A stretch of DNA of 64,000 bases from Raillietiella orientalis (taxonomy: Eukaryota). How positions within the stretch are numbered: the stretch's first letter is position 1; each line of letters opens with the position of its first letter. The notes under the pieces were generated by a model that was not told where the DNA came from, ran no database searches, and saw only the letters and a program-made list of their open reading frames with translations. The stretch spans positions 3,100,001 to 3,164,000 of the forward strand of contig JAYWIR010000006.1 in NCBI GenBank assembly GCA_036172245.1, written 5' to 3'. Position numbers and translations under genes: made by a program. Positions 1 to 13,929 of the stretch are shown here, piece after piece.

Positions 1-1400
1 GCAGAGGACGGGGACAGGACAATCCTCTTTCACTTTCTGTTCGGCAACGCCTGCTTGCAATCGCTGCCCGGGATTGCCACTCTTCCTTCCATGACGTGTG
101 GCCGCGGCTGTTTCCCCACGCCATAAGAGAGAGTGAGAAGGAGGATGAAACCCCAAATGGCTCATCTTTTTTATCGACAGGATCACCTGGTTGCGGGTGT
201 CCAGGAACGCTCATGGTAACGTTCCCTTTCTGCTCCGCCGAGGATAGTCGAGGGACCGTCTGCCCCTTTCCTGGAGGGAAGGGGACGGCTCCTGATCGGG
301 TCGCGTGCCATTATTATTATGCTTCAGAGCTTTAGCCCGGAGGCCAGGAAGCTGCCCCAAGCGACGCGTTGGAACCCTCCAAGAGAAAATACCGAATGGG
401 CTTGCCCCCTTTGCTGGCGCTCCGTATAGAGCGCAGCCACTCCAATCGGGCACCAAACGATCGTGTAGGAGAGGAACGGCTGCGCAGAAGCTCCTCACGC
501 TTAGCGGCAACGGGAGGTTGGATGCACGTCTTCCGGCTGGAGCTCATCCCTGCACTTGATCCTGTGGCGTTCTCGCGACTGCTTGCTGCGGAGCGCAGTT
601 TCCCCTCCGGGCGAGTCGGCCCTTCCCGAACGCCGTGCCATCTTCGCCGCTAAGAGCACGCGATCGATCTCGCTTGCTCTTAGCGTTCCCGTGCTCTAGC
701 CCTCCCTTCTGCGGAGCTTCGGGTCGACTTCCGGAACAATCTCTGCCGCGCACACTCGCTGCCCCAGGCGGCCAGATGCCCCCGCGTCGAGGCAGCCCTC
801 GGTCGAGCGGTTCGGCAGATCTCGTTCGGATTCGGCACGCGCACGGCACGCGGCGAAGCAACACCGCCTCCGAAGGGGCGCCCGACACCGGGCATGGGTT
901 CGGCCCCGCGGGGCGATTTGCCGAGGGTGAACGCGCTGCCGGGAGCTCGGGTTCCCGTTGCTCACGTCGAGCGAGGTCCGAAGCTCCGTTCCCTTAGGGC
1001 TCGGTCTTTCTTCTTCCGCCCGAGGTTGCGAGCAGCGGGAGAGTTGGCCAGCTTGCCTCTCGGACACCTGCCAGATGTTGACTCGCTCTCCGTCGCCGTC
1101 ACGGTTCCGGAGGAGGCTGGCGTGTGCCGACTGGCCAGAAGAGTCTCCAGGATCCAAGAGACCGACCTTTCGGAACGAAAGTTCACCGGTCCAGCGGCGA
1201 GCAGCCTCCTCATCTGCATAGGGGTGATGGACGACCTGGCATCGCTCCGCCGGCGCGTCGCTCCCTCGCCGACACTTCATCCTCCGAGTTCTGGACCAGA
1301 GGAACTGGTGGTAGTGAGGGGGGGCCCTCGGAAATTTCCCGAATTTTTCGGCTTTCGCCTTACATCTGACGGCCCTCCTTCGCCTCGGGCCCATCCAAGC
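1..1400 (-). mobile_element. Decayed L1/Tx1-type LINE ORF2 (endonuclease and linker)
   Basis: Minus-strand frames give GARLEWLRSIRSASKGGKPIRYFLLE (resembles GAxIRSR...GEKPTKYFxxLE) and ERVNIWQ (resembles LxDIWR); many frameshifts; boundaries approximate. Confidence 0.55.
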
Positions 1401-2499
1401 CGCAGCGCGCCGCCGCCTCGCCCGCAGTCTTCCAGAAGCCGCGTGGGCGGCAGCACGAGATACGTCTCGCCCGGGGCAGGAGGAAGCGGGGCGGGAAAGC
1501 TCTCCGACACCTCGCGCGGGAATTCAGCGCTTCCGGCAGTGCTCGCTCGCTCGTCTTCTTCCGCTGCGCTGGAGGCCGGAAAGCGACGGCCCGAGGTTTT
1601 TCCCGAGCGAAGAGTGAGGGTGGTGAGCGGCCCTCGACCTCCTGGAGCCACTCCCGCCCCTCGAAGGGGGCGCGGACTCGTCCTGCCGGGCGGAGAGACG
1701 GAACTCTTCGTGGTCATCCTCCTCCCGCCTCGAGGCCACCGCTGCTCGGTCGCAGAGGGGGACATCCAGGCAACTGTGTTTGAGATCCCCGCCTCCTCTT
1801 CCTTGCCTTCCTTCCACGGGATGAGAGGAGAGCCCTCTTCAGTGATGCTGCGGGTCAGCGGAGCCCTCCATCGACCCCTTCAACTTCCTTTCGGTTTGCA
1901 CGGGCGCCTCGAGCGGTGACCTTTCCGCCGTCTCCTCCTTGCGGGCTTCGAGACCCTTCCGCAAGTTCACGGGGATCATTGGTCGTGGTTCCCACGATCT
2001 TCGGCTCGTCTTCCCCCCTTCCTGCCGTCCCCGTCAACCCATGGGCCGCTTAAGATTCCCTGGAGAGTTGCTCTCCGTCGGTGCGTTGCCGTGGTTGCGG
2101 ACCGCCCGCTTCCAGATAGCGCGCCGGTCAGCTCTTCGCGTGCGCGCTCGGGATGCTGAGGCCTACCTGTGAGCTCCCACCAGGAGCTCTGCAGGCGCTG
2201 CAGCATCGCCTGCAGTTGTGGACCGATTTGGGGGGAGAAGGTACGAAAGGAACAGGGCGCTCGGACAGCCCCGTCTGCGATCTGGCAGGAGGAAGGGGCT
2301 CGCAACCATGGCAACGCACAGTCGGAGAGGCGACGATGCTCTTCAGGCCGATCCTCGGCGTCTCCGCGCGGACCTCTGGTCGTAGCCTCCTCCGGCGCGC
2401 GAGCGCGCCTCGAATACGAAACCGTCCGAGACATGACCTCTCGCCTCGAATCTCCTTCGGCGGGAGCAACAGCAGCAACGAAGTCCTCATGAAAATGAA

Positions 2500-3130
2500 A
2501 CTGCGCAACGAAAAAATGCGTGGCAACCCCTGACAGATGAGCGCTCCTCCATGCGCGTTGTTGGGATGCATTGCTCGTGAAGCCACCCTTTGATACCAGG
2601 ATGAAACAAGTTCGCCCGCGCGGCAAGGCCGAATCTTCTTCCCGTACGAGGACTTGCTAGGAGGAAGGAAGCTGGTCGCTGTATCGCCGTCGAGGTCTGT
2701 GGGCCGAGGATTCAGTCCATGTAACGAACCCCTGCACGAGGCACCCTCGCCTGCGTGCAGACGGACGTAAGAAGCTGGAAGGCAGGGACGGCTGTCCATG
2801 AGGCATGGGAGTCGTCCCTACCCTCTGCGAATCGGAAAGTCACGGATCTCGATCCCTCGCTGCCGCCCGAACCACCCTTGCTGAAGGGCAACAGGATGTT
2901 GCCTGCCCTTTGAAAAATGGGCAGGGCTCCTTGAACTCCGCCCCAATCGGAAAGGAAACGGAAGGAGGAGACGTTGCCTGCCAGCTTCCCCAGGAAGGTG
3001 TGCGAGCGAAAGCGCTCGGCCACCTGGTTAAACGTGGGGTCGGTCGTGCCTCGGGGGTCCCGTGAGTGTGCACGGAGAAGATCGGACTTCCGGTGGCCCT
3101 CATCCTGCGTACACTTTAGTCGCGACATCT
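2500..3130 (-). mobile_element. Decayed LINE reverse-transcriptase fragment
   Basis: DPTFNQVAERFRSHTFLGKL resembles DxxKAFDxVxHxFLxxxL; heavily degraded. Confidence 0.3.
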
Positions 3131-3626
3131 GATGGTTTCATTGGCTCGGGCTTCCTCCTCGCGACGCCGATGATGCACCGCGTCCACAGGCTATGGACGC
3201 GGCGGGTTCGGAGCGCGCGCAAATAGCCTTTGGTTGTGCGCTCCCCACTGGCATCTTAAAACGCGCCTTCTCCTGTCTCCGAGCACCCCAACCCCTTTCC
3301 TGACTGCGTCACAGTAGTAGTGCTGATGACCGATCTGACCACCTGATCTGACCTGCTGCGTCCTCGCCTACGTCGCAGAAGAACGCAGCAATCCGCTGGT
3401 TGCGAACGACCGCATTCTCCGATGCCCGTGGTCGCCGCCAGCTTCCCACACCTCCAGGTGAACCCCTTCATCCATCTCTGCGCACCACGGGAAGATCCAG
3501 ATGCAGCCACACTTCGCCCATCCCGCGGACCCAGAGGACGAGCTCCACCCGTTCGTTCCAGTAGTCTTCGCCGTGGCCTCTCTCCTACCCGTCTCCATGC
3601 AACGATCGACCTCGTCTCCCATGATG

Positions 3627-4625
3627 CCGATCAGAATCAGGAAACAGAAGTGTGCTTACTCTACAGGGATTCATGCACAAATTTACTTTAATATACACCG
3701 TTACTCCTGTTTGTTAACTAGATAGGACTCAGTGGTATGCATTTCATTAATAAAGCCAATAAGTTGTTGACTATATTGTTGAAATGTTTATACGTACATA
3801 TGAACACACAGTTAGCATATATAATATATATGCAAGATCATGAAGATAAGTATATATCCTTATTAAAATATCACACTTATATTTACACTATATGTATACT
3901 ATACTTAGATTTATATTTATAGACATATGCATATCAATATGTATAGACAATATAAATGGATATATATGAATATAAATATGTACAGAAATGTGGACGCATT
4001 CACATAAATGCATAGAAATACATATATAATTCTATGTATATATTTCTATACATACATTGATACATATAGTTGATACATATACATATTTATATGTCTGTAT
4101 ATATATTCATATGTATATGCATAAATGTGCATACATACACACATATATATAAACATATAAGTGTACATATTCATACAAATCTATATATTGATCATTATAT
4201 ATATATATATATATATATGCATATTTTTAGATGTATGTGTATAAATATGTATTCATGTGCATATATTTATATATATGTTTATACACACATATATGTATGT
4301 ATTTATATACACATAAATATGAATTTGTACACATCCATACATTAATCTTAACATACATATATATGTGAATATATATAATGATCCTATTTGTTTATTTTTA
4401 TAATTTTTCATATATCAAGGATATAATCAACAACTTATTGATTTTATTAATAAAATGTTTGACACTGAATCTTAATAATTACACCTGTTCCCATAATGTT
4501 ACTGTTCATAATGTGTACGTTAAGTTATAGGTGCGTTCCGATAAATTCGTACATTAATCTTTGTAGAAGAAAAAGCGCATGCGCATTTTGTTTTTCCTGG
4601 TCGTTCGGGATTTCGGACCGGACCC
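3627..4625. mobile_element. Foldback/MITE-like element copy 1: long imperfect terminal inverted repeats around an (AT/AC)-rich core
   Basis: Left arm gactcagtggtatgcatttcattaataaagccaataagttgttgactatat matches the reverse complement of right arm atataatcaacaacttattgattttattaataaaatgtttgacactgaatc; second copy at 28494-29125. Confidence 0.75.
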
Positions 4626-4899
4626 GCCACCAAGTACCCGTGGGGGCATTCCCGTTACCTGGGTTCCGCGGGAAGTCTGCCGGCTGGTGAACCCGTTTGT
4701 GGTTGCCCGCCCGCCCCGAGGACGATACCGGGCCCACGGAACGAAACCGCGGAGTGGCTCACCTCCTGGCCTCGGACGCGAGGGTCGGCAAGGGGAACCT
4801 CAAAATGAGGAAGGAGAAGGTAGTGCCCTCGTGCGTCCCTCCAACACCCCACTCGAAAACCATCCGTGGTCGGCGGTCATTTCCACGGTGAGCGGTTTA

Positions 4900-6460
4900 C
4901 TCTGCTCGCATTCTGCTTGTTTGTTTTTCTCTCCTCTTTCTCTCAGCCGTCCCTGCCTTCCATCCGTTTTCCCTCTAAGTTCGGGAAGGGAGGGGTTGCC
5001 TGGGAGATCTTTTCTGTGTCGGCCACCCTCGTAGTGTCGTCCGACCGCCAAGCGCGGAAGGTGCGCCATCGGCCAACTGGCGGTGTTTTGCAGTTAAGGA
5101 CGTCGTCCTCCTGTAGACGGGTGGAGCGCAAACCGCCTGCATGTTGGGCCTGCAGCCGAAGCACCGCGGGTTCCAAACATGGCGGAGGGGAAGGGGCGGC
5201 CGCGGATGATGCAGAGGAGAAGACTCCGACGCTGCGCTGCCCGAGGACGTCTCTCTCGCTGAGCGAACCAAACACGCCCGTAAAGGCCTCTTTTCCTTTT
5301 CTTGCCCTCCGGGAAGGGGGGAGGGAAGAATCAGGAGCGCTTCCCGAGACAGCCTTCCTTCCCACGGGGCCGGATGCCACCCCCTTGCCCCAACCTGAAC
5401 GGCCCGCAGACGGACTCTCTGGGACAAACTGAGCACCGGAGGTGGAGGAAGGGGTCGCAGTGCTCGCGAGAGCGGAGTGGGGGTTCCGTTGTGGTCACCC
5501 TAGCTCCCCCTCTTTTCGCCCCGTCCTATAGTGGCCGGACTCACCAGTGAGAGAGCAGGTGCTGCTGCCCCTTACGCGCAGAGGGTCTGGACGGAGTCAC
5601 GATGAGAGCGAAAGAAAGGAGAATTCAAAGAAAAAAAAACGAAATCTAAAAATAGATTCAGGGAAGGCGCGCTTCGAGATTTTCGCCCGTTGTTGTATTT
5701 TCTCTCCAGAAACAGAAGGAAGAACCATGGAGCTTCGATGCTCGACCAGAAGCGGGCAGCTTCCCCGACGAATTCGTCTCCTCTCTCCACCTCAACGCAC
5801 AGCATCCTCCTTCAGGGGAACGCCTGCAGCGCCACCGCGCCTTCCGTCCTGGAACCTCCCGCGAGGAATTAGACTCCCTCGGACTAGGCGTGGCTACGAC
5901 CTCTCCTCATCTTCCTGCCCTGGGCCGGAGGGTGCCCGACTCACCTCTTCCCCCGGGGGAGTCTCCGCGTTGGGAGAGTCTGGAAGCGCCGAGGCAAGCG
6001 GAAGGCAGATCGGCTGGCTCGCCCCGGGAGTCCCACGTACGAGAAACCTCACTTCGCGGCTCCGACCTGGGACGCGAAGAGTACGTGACCTGCGCGGCCT
6101 CGCTGCCATAGAAGCGCTGGCACGAAAGTCCGGCCCTTCGAAGGCAGTAAACGGACAAGCGGACGACCCTCTGCACTCTCAACCGGCTGCCGTGAAAGGG
6201 GGCCTGCTGGATCTCGACTGGCTCCTGGAAACTGGGCCTCTTGCATGATGGCGGGACTGCCAAAGAGCAGGTTCCGTGGGAGCCACCCTCGCTCCGTCTC
6301 CCAATCTCCAGGCACCGACAGGCCACACTGAATGCTGAGAGTCCGATGCCAACCGCCTCCGTAATACCGGACCACTGCCACCTTGCCGAAACCTCACCGG
6401 AAAGATCACCTGGCAACAGCTCCAGAGGCAGCACCAGGACAGCAGCTGCACCACGGTGCC
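4900..6460 (+). mobile_element. Possible decayed LINE ORF1 (zinc-knuckle remnants)
   Basis: KPPACWACSRSTAGSKH near 5130-5180; lies upstream of and on the same strand as the ORF2 remnant at 7190-9200. Confidence 0.3.
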
Positions 6461-6599
6461 GTCCTCGACGATGACCTCCAGGACCTTCTCCGAGAGATGG
6501 CGAACCCTAGGGGTTCACCGGTCTCCATCGGCCGGCCGCCTAGTGCCACCTGGCGCGAGCAGCAGCTGCAGCCGAGATGGAAAGGGAATCTCAGCGTCC

Positions 6600-7150
6600 T
6601 CCCTCGCTTTCTTTCTCACCCTCCTCTTCCTGGTCATTATCACCAGACACTGCCATTGCAGCCACGGTCTGATGACTGGAAGCCACCGTCATCACCATTA
6701 GCATCCACCTCTATAACCGTGCCACCAACTCCATCACCTCCATCACACGCAGCGTCAGCAGCTGCTGAGATGCCAGAGAACCTCACCATCCTCCCGTGCT
6801 CTTCCTCTTCCTCCTCTTTCCGTACCCCTCCTCCCTTCCTCTACCTCTGAGGCCTTCAGAAAAGCTCGAATGAAGAAGGGGAGCAAGGCCTTCCTTCCTC
6901 GATCATTACCACTCCTGTCATCATCATCGCTGTCCCCAGCACCACTGCCACCATCACCACCACCAGAAGCAGCAGCAGAAGGGGTACCAAAGAACTGCAT
7001 CAGCATCCTGTGCTCCTCCTCCTCCTCTCCCTTTTATCCTCTTCCTTTACTGCTCTTCCTCTGATTGTCCCCGTTGTCATTGCCGTCGTCTTCGTCATCA
7101 CGACTTCTACAGCCATCTCCGTTCCATCCCCTCACTCACTCACTCCCTCC
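6600..7150. repeat. Low-complexity (CAC/CAT/CTC) degenerate microsatellite region
   Basis: Runs of caccat, cagcag and ctcctc. Confidence 0.7.
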
Positions 7151-7189
7151 TCGCCGGCCTCTGCCTGCGCTCCTCTCCTCGTGGTTGCG

Positions 7190-9200
7190 TCCTGGAAGGA
7201 CGGGAGCGGGAGCGCTCACCCACACCTCCGGATGAAGGTGCCCCGGACCATCCTGCGCGCGGAGGCTGCGGCGGTAGTGCGGTCGACACTTTCAGAGCTC
7301 TCGTACCCCGGGGCATCCGAAGATACGACCAAACGGAGCCACGAGGCGCTCTGCGGATGGACGACAGGTCGCCGAACCTCCGGGAGGATGCAAGCACGTC
7401 GGACATCCGGCGAATCCAGAATGCTAGCCGGAGAACTCACCAATTGGAGACGCAAATCAAAAGGGATGATGGGCTCGCAGGATGAACCAAGACGGCTGGC
7501 AGCTTGATCAAACTACACCTCCGGAGGAGGTCGTCTGGGAGCGCCTGGGGAGTCTCCGAGAGAGAGAAACAGACCTCCCCTTCGGTTTCCCGATCGGGAT
7601 GGGAGCTTTGCCTGTGAAATGTCGGGGGCTGCCCAGCTTCCGTTCGGGCGCGCAAACTGGCCAATGCGGCGATCCTCAGAAGCCATTTTTTCCTCCTCCT
7701 TCCCTTCCCTCCCTTCTTCGTGCTCCGTACTGTGAGGTGAGCACACGGAGACGCTGCTCTCGAGGTGGGATCCTCTGATGGAGGCCCCCATCATTCAGAA
7801 AATGCAGAGGACGCACGGAGACTTGACCCGTCCGACCGGTTTCCTAGGAAGGCGGAAATCCAGCCCAATTCCCTCGGGACCGATGAGTGGCAACCGAAGT
7901 TTCGTCTTCCGCCGCGCTGCAGTCACCACGGAGCGGGAAGCCTTCCACTTCACCCGCGGTCTGCTCAGAGTACGGTCTGCTTTCGCCGTGTCTCTTTCTC
8001 TTCCTTTTTCTGTCCCGGGTGCAGGAGCATGTGGATGAGCGAGCCAGAGCGGTGTAGGGAACCTACGAACCCCCTCCATTTCATCTTCGGGAACTGTCCG
8101 GAAACCGGAAGAATCTTCCTCTAAACCTTTCCTGATCCTTCTTTCACGACGCTCCTTGCAACACAGAGCTCACGCCAGCTTCCCACCTCCATTTTCACGT
8201 ACCGCTACTCTGCACTCCCTTCTTCATCCTAGGTTGGCACAGCGCAGCCTCCTTGCCACAGCGCTGCCCTCCCTACGGGAGGCAAATGGCAGCAGCCAAC
8301 TGGCGAATTAGGAAGTCTCTTGAGAGATTGCAAGCAGGAGGAAGAAAATGAGTGGTTGGACCACAGGAGAGCTGACTGATGCTGCGATCCCAAGTGCCCT
8401 TCAACGTGGACTTGGGCTCTGGGGCGAGTTGCTCGGTATTCCTCGCCAAGATCTGAAGTTGTCTCCAGTGTTCGTAGACAGCAGCGCTCTCCCTTCGGAG
8501 TGACGACAGCCGGCACTTGTGCTGCTGTACTGTGGTCTTCCCTGCAACTCTCCTCGACATCACTGGACATTGGGGAGGACGAGCCCGGATTGTAGCAGGT
8601 GCAGGGTACGAGAGTCTCTCCCGCACTGCTTGTGGGACTGTGTTGCCCTTGGGCCCCTGTGGTAACGTTTTGGGACGACCCTGCAGACCCCGATTGTCAA
8701 CCCCAGATATGTTTTTAAACTCCTCTTGGCGCGGGATGCCCTACCGCCAGCCGCAGCCTTGGTAGTTGTTTGCTGCATTCGCGGGATTGTAGTGGCCACT
8801 GGAACGGCGCACATGGAGGACCATACGAAAGGGACGCCATCGAGTATGAATTTCGGCTTTCTGCGGATGGCAGCCAGATGGCTCCCCACCTAGGTGCTAT
8901 CAGGACCTACCTAGCCGGCATCCTGGACAGAGTGCATAGAACCTCCAGCCCTCCAGCTGGCAGTAACTCCTTCCCGGATCAAGGAACAAACTTCCCGGAT
9001 GGAGAGGAAATTTTTGTTTCTTTTCATAAACTTCTATTTTTCTTCTGCTTTCTTCCTCCCTTCCGCTGCCGAAGTGAACCTCACCGATCAGCTCACCGGC
9101 AGTCCTGCAGGTCCGTGGACAAATCGAGGGTGGTAGGGTCATGCGTTCTACCACAATTTTCGAATTTATTATAAATTTTATTGATCAACCCGGCGTGTCC
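7190..9200 (+). mobile_element. Decayed, internally deleted L1/Tx1-type LINE ORF2 and 3' UTR
   Basis: QLDQTTPPEEVVWERLGSL...DG..LPVE near 7500-7620 (resembles LDxPITxEEV...PGxDGLPxE); zf-RVT-like LLYCGLPCNSPRHHWTLGRTSPDCSRCRVRESLPHCLWDCVALGPLW at about 8520-8660; C-terminal DNA shared with the copies at 19.2, 49.3, 51.7 and 55.8 kb. Confidence 0.8.
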
Positions 9201-9649
9201 GGGTGCGGCTACGCCGATTCCCCCTTCGCGGCAAACGGTCTGGACAATACAGCTCTCGAACTTTCCTCCTCGCCGAATCCCTATCTCCTGCCTCCCTATC
9301 TGGACTGCAGCCTCGTTTCATGGTTCACCTTTTCGTCCCCATCTGAGCCATCCTTCCGATTTAAGGATGACATTGAGGCGGGGACATCCTGGACGTCATC
9401 ACATGACCATCTCAAGTATGCTGATCTCCAGATTCCAGTGTCTGGAATGGAAGCCTCAGCTCCCACGTGGGTAGTGGCCAGTGGGAGCTGAGACTGCCAC
9501 TGGCCGTTCATCCTCTGCCGTATCAATTCCTCCGTCCGGCACCGCCACGCTTTCTCCTCCCTCCTCCTCCCCCTCTGCCATCTTGCGATCACCCAAACGA
9601 GTGCCCAAGCAAAACGGATCTCCTTTCACAGGAAATCACTTAGGGGCAA

Positions 9650-10460
9650 GTGAAATGCCACCCTGGATGGGAAGGAACAACTTCTACAACAGGGGAAGAT
9701 GCATTCAGGGATACGGAAGCCGCGGATAGCTAAGTGGGGGGAGAACACGTAGCTGTCCGAATCTGGGAACGCACTTCGACGCCTTCGAGGGGGTGCTCAC
9801 AAGTTTGTCTTCACGAAGGGTTACTCCCTGAATCGTGGCCTTGAATCGTGCGGTAGCACGACAGGGTCCTCTCCTGCCTGACCGAGGAGCAGCCGGGAAG
9901 CAGCCACGCGTCCCGCTCAATCAGACCAGTCACCGGGAGGCAACACGCCTTGGTCAGCGAGGCCAAGAAGTCGACGCCTGGGTGCCAGATTCTCGCCTGC
10001 AGCCTCCCGAGCACACAACTGTGCCACCGCCTGTCCCGGGGAAAGGCTGCGTGTATCGTGGCAGCTTCAAGTGAGCCGCAGCCGCCCATTTGAACGTCCT
10101 ACGTCAGAGGTCCGGAAGGGCTTCGCGCATGTATTTGGCAGGCAATGCTTCGGAAGGGTGCAGCCTGTGACAGGAGGTGGAGACCCTTTGCTGTCTGGCC
10201 GTCTTCGCCGTTTCAGCCTCCATCCGAGACCCTGGTCTCGCGAGGGTCCGCTTGCTCATCTCGGCTGGTGGCCACCCATCTGTGGCTCCAGCAGATCTCC
10301 CTGGAAGGGCTCACGTCAGAGCACGCCCCATTTCCATCCATCGCTTACGGGTCCACCGCCCGGAGCACCCCCGAGAGATCGCGCACTGCCCGGAGCACCC
10401 CCGAGAGATCGCGCACTGCCCTGAGCAGAGGAGAGCATCAGGAAACGATGAGCCTCCGGC
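9650..10460 (+). mobile_element. Possible decayed LINE ORF1 with CCHC-knuckle remnant
   Basis: GFAHVFG...; GST...EHPREIAHCP knuckle-like remnant; frameshifted. Confidence 0.35.
10358..10421 (+). repeat. Perfect 30-bp tandem duplication
   Basis: gcccggagcacccccgagagatcgcgcact x2 followed by gccc. Confidence 0.95.
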
Positions 10461-13400
10461 TTCTTGCAAAGCCGAAATCTGAACAGCCGGTGGTCACTCT
10501 CCTCGCTCCTGTGCGCCTCAACATTCCAGCGTTCCCTCCAGGCTGCCACCGGGATGTGCGACTGCTCCTGCACCGGGGTTTCCGGTCCGTCCCGTTTCCG
10601 AGGGAGCTGCATCCAGGCGCTGCTCCAGGAGCGCGTCGATCGAATCGTTCCCGCCCCTCTTGATGGACTGCGGTGCCCTCCAGAAACCGTGGTGGAGACT
10701 GACTTCAGCGCGCCTGTGCCGCCTAGAGACACTGACTGTGACCTGCGCGGCATACTCTCGGCAGGCGCCGGGATCGCAGAGACCCGTTGCAATCTACTTC
10801 TGAGATTTCTTATAAATAACATAATTAAAATCAGGAATGAAATCAGGAAATTAATATTGCTATATAATGAGTAAATCATGTATGTGAATATTTTTATGTT
10901 ACATAATAATCTGAGCGCCTGCCGAGACTCATCGCCACGTGCTGGGGGTCTCGGGTGCAGCGAAGGGAGGAAGACGATTGGGAGGTGGCCTCGCCCACAA
11001 GAGGGTGTCGAGTCGCGGACTGCCGGCATTCAGCTCCGGTAGTAGAAGGAAGGAACGGCCAGAGTCAAAGAAGATCGACTCTTCCCTTCCTCTTCCTTTC
11101 CTCCTCCTCCTTTTCCTCACCCCTCCCACCCCTTCCGGACTTCCCAAGTGGCCGACGTGAGTGCCGGAGGACCCTCTCCTTTGAAGCTCCTTCTGTTGCT
11201 CCGGGGAGCCGCGTTCCCAGCTCGTTTGTTCCTTCGAATGAGAGTCCTAGAGTGACCGAGGGATAGAAAATTCGACCTAGCAGGGCGGGCGTCGCGGCAC
11301 CGGGAGCTCCCGGCTTCGAACTCGAGGCTGTGGGTTCGAAACCGTCCGATACGATGACGCGGAGCACCGTCGTGGGCGGCGAGGAAGCTGAGCGAGTTCG
11401 AGTCTGCGGCAGAAGCGCCTCGTCTTTGTGCGCCCGTCCTCGGATTCCGACACCTCGGAGGAAGGGGAAAAAACTCCTTCGGGGAGCGGTGACGACGGAG
11501 AGGGGGGACCTCTCAAGAGGAAGAATCGAACCAAACGAAAAAAAAAACGGATATACTGGAAAGTCTTCCTGGTTGGGAACAAAAAACGAAGGCGGCCGTC
11601 CATCATGTGAGATTTAGGACCAATTTGCAGAACGAAATCTAAACATGACCTCTGAGGGGGAAAAAAACGGAAAGCACGCGCGCGCACTCGGGATAAGGGA
11701 AAGTGCCGGTAGGTAAAAACACGGAGGGCTGAAAGGAAAGCGGAACCTCTCCGCCGTCCGGAACCCAGCAAAAAGGTAGAATGAGACGCTTCTCGGAGCG
11801 GAAGATTGCAAGATGGGAATATGGGAAGCCAGGAGGCGTGTCTCGCGGTGCACTGCGTGGAGCCATCTGCGAAGAGGTCAAATGAGGCGCTGTCTCGAAA
11901 CAGGGCTCCGCACTCTTTTACGCCGATGCTTTTTTCGTCCTGGTCATTTCCATGCCTGTGCCGACATCGTTGCAGAGAAGGACCGACTGGCCGAGAACGG
12001 ACCGCCTGACAGGAAATTGCGGATGTGCTCAGAGCAGCGGTGGGTGACCTTCTGCTGCCCACGGGTCGCGTGCAGACCGAATCGCACGCTGCTGGAATCG
12101 AGAACGCGGGGAGGCGTGCAGATTCGAGCCTCCTTCCGGAAAAGCTCCCGTTTTCCCTGTCTTTGTTTTGTTTTGCTTTTCTTCACGGTCTCGTGATTTG
12201 AATAGACCGGCAAAAAGAAGAGAGGAAAACCCGAGAAGTGACCGCAGCAGCGGTGAGCAAACTGAGGTCCGTAGCTAAGAAAACACTGTCCACCATGGGT
12301 GCTGCTTTGACCGAGCGATTCATGAAAATAACGATTAAACCTCAGACTGAGAGGATGGGATTTACCCGCCCGTAGAAACGACTATGAACCCTATTTAAGT
12401 TAAAGTGAATCGGATTTTCAATATAGTACACATTTGTAATTGTACTGATAATTTTGAAAACCGTAAGCGCATTCATTCACTACCAACAGCAATGCCTTTT
12501 TTTTAGGGGGGGGGACAACCTGTGGTAAAAGTAAAATTCTAATCGAAAAATTGTGAATGCATGTAAACGTATGTACATATTCCTGTATAGGCAGCATTTA
12601 CAGATACATATACAGATACAAATACTTTTGCATAGTTGCTGAAATTTGTGTTTACGATGTTATACATATTTTGATTTACGATGTTTTGATTTTCACATGT
12701 GGTTTATTCAAAACGGCGTCACTATTACGACTAACTTTGAAGTTATTTGTGGGCCGACCCACGAGTACTCATCATCCGTTATAGTGCATTCACTGTCTTG
12801 CAACGATGCACGAAAAATATCAGATTCTACTTATGGATTTTAGTTCTAAATTGTCGTCTGGTAACCCTTCTTAATTAGGAACAGGAAGCCATTCGGTCAG
12901 GAAGAGCGTTTGCCACAACCGTGGAGAATCTTCTGAAGGAATTTCTGAAAGCAGCTGAGCGAGTTATTCGAACTCGAAACCTTGATTATTATTGGTTAAC
13001 GAGAATGACGTAAGGGACGCCAAGCAGGCTACGTATTGTTGGCACCTAAATACTGTGTCCACTTTTTGCCCCCCCCCCCCTCCCTCTCCGGCTCAGAGAG
13101 GAACGCAAAAATTTTTCACATCACGATACATCTTCATTCATGATCCACAGCTCGGACGGGACCCCCGGAGATCTCATCTGTTCACATGTCTGCTTCTACC
13201 AAAAACGCTGAAGGTCGCGTGATGTATGTGCGTGTGTATATATTTATGTGTTTATTGTGTGTGTCCGTGTGTGTATATATACATACATACTTTGGAGCAA
13301 AGGACTCAAGTTTCACTCTTATTGTTATGTTCCTCCTCACGAGGAGACGTGCCAAACACGCGTGGCGCCGGCGTCGCGGCGTGTGCTCCCGCGACACAGG

Positions 13401-13929
13401 TGCGACTCATTCGGGAACATAAGGGAAAGCAGATGGAAGCGCACCTGAAGCTGTTCGCGGGCAGCGCACTTGCCGGCTCACGGCGGAAGCAACGTTACCC
13501 GGGGAACAGCTCCGTTTTTCCCGGACGGTTGCGACGACATCCCCCGCCATTTGAGATCCACTCCAAGCAGGCTGGAAGCTGATCAGCGCCGCGGATTCCG
13601 GATCAGTACCAACGTTTCCGTAGGTCCGTTTCCCGAGCGGAAACGGGGAGGGACGAGCGATGCGATTCATCTTCAGGGCTCCCGAATACCTCTGGGACAG
13701 CTACCCATTCCAACCAACCTGCAGAACTTGGGGAAAGAGAAGGAACAGGCGGGAGATGGCGGTCCATGGACACGAGGCTAACAGAGGAGTCCGGAAGGTT
13801 TGGTGGTAGCTACCAAGTTCGAATGGCCACGCTGAAGCTGAGTTTGAATGCTCGGGGTGATGGGAGGGAATCTGGTGTCATACGAGCGAAGAAAGGTCAT
13901 TCTGAAGAGGATGCGACAGGACTTTCGGA

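Noticed and set aside
894..1919. Longest ORF in the track (341 aa) and the many other long GC-rich ORFs
   Set aside because: Arg/Pro/Ser/Gly-rich, overlapping in several frames, with no recognisable domain; expected by chance in GC-rich decayed TE DNA, often antisense to LINE remnants.
10358..10421. CRISPR-like repeat
   Set aside because: Two adjacent 30-bp units with no spacer, in eukaryotic DNA with no cas genes.
11270..11350. Further tRNA-like head (GGGTTCGAAACC), and a similar motif at 53771-53784 (-)
   Set aside because: B-box-like motif only; no matching A box or family core downstream.
11800..12060. RTE-like RT fragment (QGSAL..PMLF/FVLVI)
   Set aside because: A single frameshifted motif; too weak to call.
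12296..13009. Possible gene (Kozak-like CACCATGG at about 12292 and exon-like EQEAIRSGRAFATTVENLLKEF at 12879-13009)
   Set aside because: The first frame stops after 26 codons, and no phase-consistent exon chain or homology could be established.
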